This document shows positions 61,299-64,000 of a stretch of 64,000 nucleotides of DNA, one piece after another. Under the pieces are notes generated by a model, which was not told the DNA's origin, did not search any database, and saw only the letters and a program-made list of their open reading frames with translations. The first letter of the stretch is position 1. Every line of letters begins with the position of its first letter. A program made the position numbers and the translations under genes. Location of the stretch: contig CAWFQK010000002.1 of the NCBI GenBank assembly GCA_963817955.1, positions 192,001 to 256,000 on the forward strand. Direction: 5' to 3'. This DNA comes from an uncultured Gemmatimonadaceae bacterium (lineage in GTDB: Bacteria; Gemmatimonadota; Gemmatimonadetes; Gemmatimonadales; Gemmatimonadaceae).

Positions 61299-64000
61299 CG
61301 ATCAGTGCCTCGCGTGGAGCCACCGGCTCGCGCCGGCGCAGCTCCCAGTAGAGAATTGGAACAACGATCATCGTCAGCAGCGTGGCCACTACCGCGCCAC
61401 TCATCAGCGCTACGGCGAGGCCCTGGAAGATCGGATCGAGCACCATCACCAGGCCGCCCACGACCACGGCGGCCGCCGTGAGCGCAATGGGACGAAAGCG
61501 AACGGCGCCAGCCTCCAGCACCGCTTCCCGCAACGGCCGGCCGCGCGCCTCGGCAAGCTGGATGAAGTCCACCAGCAGAATCGAGTTCCGCACGATGATG
61601 CCGGCGAGCGCGATCATGCCAATCATCGACGTGGCAGTGAAGAACGCACCGCTGATCGCGTGCCCGGGCAAAATGCCGATCAGGGTGAGCGGAATGGGTG
61701 CCATGATCACCAGCGGTACCTTGAACGACTGGAACCAGCCCACCACCAGCACGTAGATGAGCACCAGCACGATGGCGAACGCGAGCCCAAGATCGCGGAA
61801 TACCTCGATCGTCACTTGCCACTCGCCATCCCACTTGATCGCCGTCTCATCGAGCCGACTTGGTGCCACCGCGTTGTAGCGCGCGATCTGCGCGCCGTTC
61901 ACGCGAATGCTGTCGAGGCGCTTGTTCATTGTGAGAATCGCATACACCGGCGACTCGATCTGACCGGCCACGTCGCCGGTCACATAGATCGCTGGTCGCA
62001 GATCCTTGCGGATGCGACTGCTCTCGATGGTGCCGGACACCACGGTGACGAAGCGGGCCAACGGCTGCGGTCCCGTTGCCGTCGCGATCGGGAGCGCCAG
62101 GAGGGCATCGACCGACGAGCGTTGCGCCAGCGGCAAGCGCGGCACGATGGCTGTGCCCTCTCGGGCCGTTGGCGAGCTGGCAATACCAGACGCGGCGCCG
62201 GACAGCGCGAGATAGAGCGTCTGCGTAATCTGTTCCACGCTCGCCCCCGCCTCCGCCGCACGCACACGATCGACGCGGAACGTGCGCTGCTGCTGTGGCG
62301 CCTCGACCGTCCAGTCCACGTCCACCACGCCAGGCGTCGTTTCGAACACGCGCTTCACGTCGCGCGCCGCCTCGAGCCTCACCGAGTCGTTCGCCGCGTA
62401 GACCTCGGCGACGAGCGTCGACAACACGGGCGGGCCAGGAGGAATCTCTGCCACCTTCGCCGACGCGTCGTAGCGGCGAGCGATCGAATCGATGCCGGGG
62501 CGCACGGCAACGGCAATGGCGTGGCTCTGCCGCGAGCGGTCGCCCTTCGGGAGCAGGTTCACCTGCACGTCGGCGACATTCGGACCGGCGCGCATGAAAT
62601 AGTGCCGCACGAGTCCGTTGAAATTGAACGGCGCCGCGGTGCCTGCGTAGACTTCCGTGCTCAGGACCTCAGGCACGTTGTGCAGATACCGTGCGATCTC
62701 CTGTCCAAGCGCGTTCGTCGTCTCGAGCGTCGTGCCCTCGGGAAGATCGAGCACCACTTGGAATTCACTCTTGTTGTCGAATGGCAGCATCTTCACTTTC
62801 ACCGCCTTCAAGAACACGAGTCCCATCGACAGGGCGAGCAACCCGACAATGCTTCCGTAGAAGGTCCGCCGCAGTGCGGGGCGGTCCATCAGCGGCGTCA
62901 TGATCCGCGCATAGAATCGCGCGAATCCCGACCGCTCTTCTTCCTCGTGCGCACGGTCGTGCGCCTTGGCCGGCGTGTGCACGTGCCCCTTGAGGAGCCG
63001 ATAGGCGAGATAGGGCGTCACGATGAACGCCACGGCGAGTGACGCGAGCATCGCGAACGACGCGCCAATCGGGATCGGCCGCATGTACGGCCCCATCATC
63101 CCCGATACGAATGCCATCGGCAAGATTGCCGCGATCACCGTGAACGTCGCGAGGATCGTTGGATTCCCCACTTCGTCCACCGCCTCCACCGCCGCCACTT
63201 CGGGCGTGCGGTCGCCCATCTTCAGGTGACGATAGATGTTCTCGACCACCACGATCGCGTCATCCACCAGAATGCCAATCGAGAAGATGAGCGCGAACAG
63301 CGTGATGCGGTTGAGCGTGTATCCAAGGGCGTAATAGGCGAACAGCGTCAGCGCCAACGTCACGGGTACAGCCACGAGCACGACCGCGGCTTCGCGCCAT
63401 CCGAGAAAGATCCAGATGAGCAGCGTGACCGACAGCGTGGCGATCAGGAGATGGAGAATCAGCTCGCGCGCCTTCTCCCCTGCCGTCGCACCATAGTCAC
63501 GCGTGACCGTGAGCTTGACGTCCGGCGGCAGGAGCCGCGCTTCGGCGGCGTGGACGCGTTCGAGCACGACCTCGGTGACGCGTGTGGCATTCGCGCCCTT
63601 GCGTTTGGCCACGGCAATGGTGACGGCCGGCTCCGATGCGCCCGACCGGTCCTCGTGCGACACGTACGTCGTCGGCTCGCCGAAATCCTCGCTCACGTCG
63701 GCAACGTTGCGAACATAGACCGGGGCGCCCGCTCGTACGCCCACGACCACGCTGCCCACGTCGGCCGACGTCGTGAGCGGCGCACCCACTGCAACACGAA
63801 AGACCTGGTTGGCGTCCGCGAAATCGCCTGCCTGGAGCCGCGCGTTGGCGCTCTTGAGCGCCATCGCCACTTCGCCCGGCGTGACGCCGCTCGCCGCCAG
63901 CCGCGATGCATCCAGCGTCACTCGGATTTGCTTCGGCTGTCCGCCGGTCACAAACGTCTCGGACACATCGGGCACGGTGCGGATCTCATCCTCGAGATGC
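61237..64000 (-). CDS. AcrB-type RND efflux permease; N-terminus lies beyond the window
   Basis: TLNRITLFALIFSIGILVDDAIVVVENI, KMLPFDNKSE, GIIVRNSILLVDF, VRFRPIALTA. Confidence 0.93.
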   Translation of the reverse strand, partial: HLEDEIRTVPDVSETFVTGGQPKQIRVTLDASRLAASGVTPGEVAMALKSANARLQAGDFADANQVFRVAVGAPLTTSADVGSVVVGVRAGAPVYVRNVADVSEDFGEPTTYVSHEDRSGASEPAVTIAVAKRKGANATRVTEVVLERVHAAEARLLPPDVKLTVTRDYGATAGEKARELILHLLIATLSVTLLIWIFLGWREAAVVLVAVPVTLALTLFAYYALGYTLNRITLFALIFSIGILVDDAIVVVENIYRHLKMGDRTPEVAAVEAVDEVGNPTILATFTVIAAILPMAFVSGMMGPYMRPIPIGASFAMLASLAVAFIVTPYLAYRLLKGHVHTPAKAHDRAHEEEERSGFARFYARIMTPLMDRPALRRTFYGSIVGLLALSMGLVFLKAVKVKMLPFDNKSEFQVVLDLPEGTTLETTNALGQEIARYLHNVPEVLSTEVYAGTAAPFNFNGLVRHYFMRAGPNVADVQVNLLPKGDRSRQSHAIAVAVRPGIDSIARRYDASAKVAEIPPGPPVLSTLVAEVYAANDSVRLEAARDVKRVFETTPGVVDVDWTVEAPQQQRTFRVDRVRAAEAGASVEQITQTLYLALSGAASGIASSPTAREGTAIVPRLPLAQRSSVDALLALPIATATGPQPLARFVTVVSGTIESSRIRKDLRPAIYVTGDVAGQIESPVYAILTMNKRLDSIRVNGAQIARYNAVAPSRLDETAIKWDGEWQVTIEVFRDLGLAFAIVLVLIYVLVVGWFQSFKVPLVIMAPIPLTLIGILPGHAISGAFFTATSMIGMIALAGIIVRNSILLVDFIQLAEARGRPLREAVLEAGAVRFRPIALTAAAVVVGGLVMVLDPIFQGLAVALMSGAVVATLLTMIVVPILYWELRRREPVAPREALIDEDADGGVQRLAAASDFVTA

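Overview
GC-rich bacterial chromosomal window. The gene content and style (GGRGG-rich secreted peptidase, lineage-type hypothetical proteins) suggest a Gemmatimonadota-like genome; that assignment is inference. Most of the window is core and housekeeping genes: lepA, an LPS heptosyltransferase, two sugar kinases, ftsEX-envC, nfo, maeB, pckA, uvrA, tRNA-Asn, purEK, sodC, holB, moaC, two lytic transglycosylases and rpiB. Two blocks (about 2.6-6.5 kb and 23.4-25.7 kb) carry dense single-base frameshifts that look like long-read consensus errors. No CRISPR array, integrase, transposase or prophage was seen. The most notable candidate systems are: (1) a His/CxxC leader ORF ending in the ribosome-arrest motif RAPP, with a hairpin over its stop codon, directly upstream of a CzcCBA-type RND metal pump and a NiCoT permease; (2) a STAS-GHKL kinase plus STAS-wHTH pair inside an operon that runs into ftsEX-envC; (3) a divergent Pol-beta nucleotidyltransferase / calcineurin-like phosphoesterase pair; (4) an accessory uppS operon with a wHTH regulator and a palindromic operator; (5) a sulfur/redox RND cluster with a P-II-like protein; (6) strand-oriented GRGACAC heptamers just after stop codons and a dispersed 42-bp GTAG-REP-like repeat.
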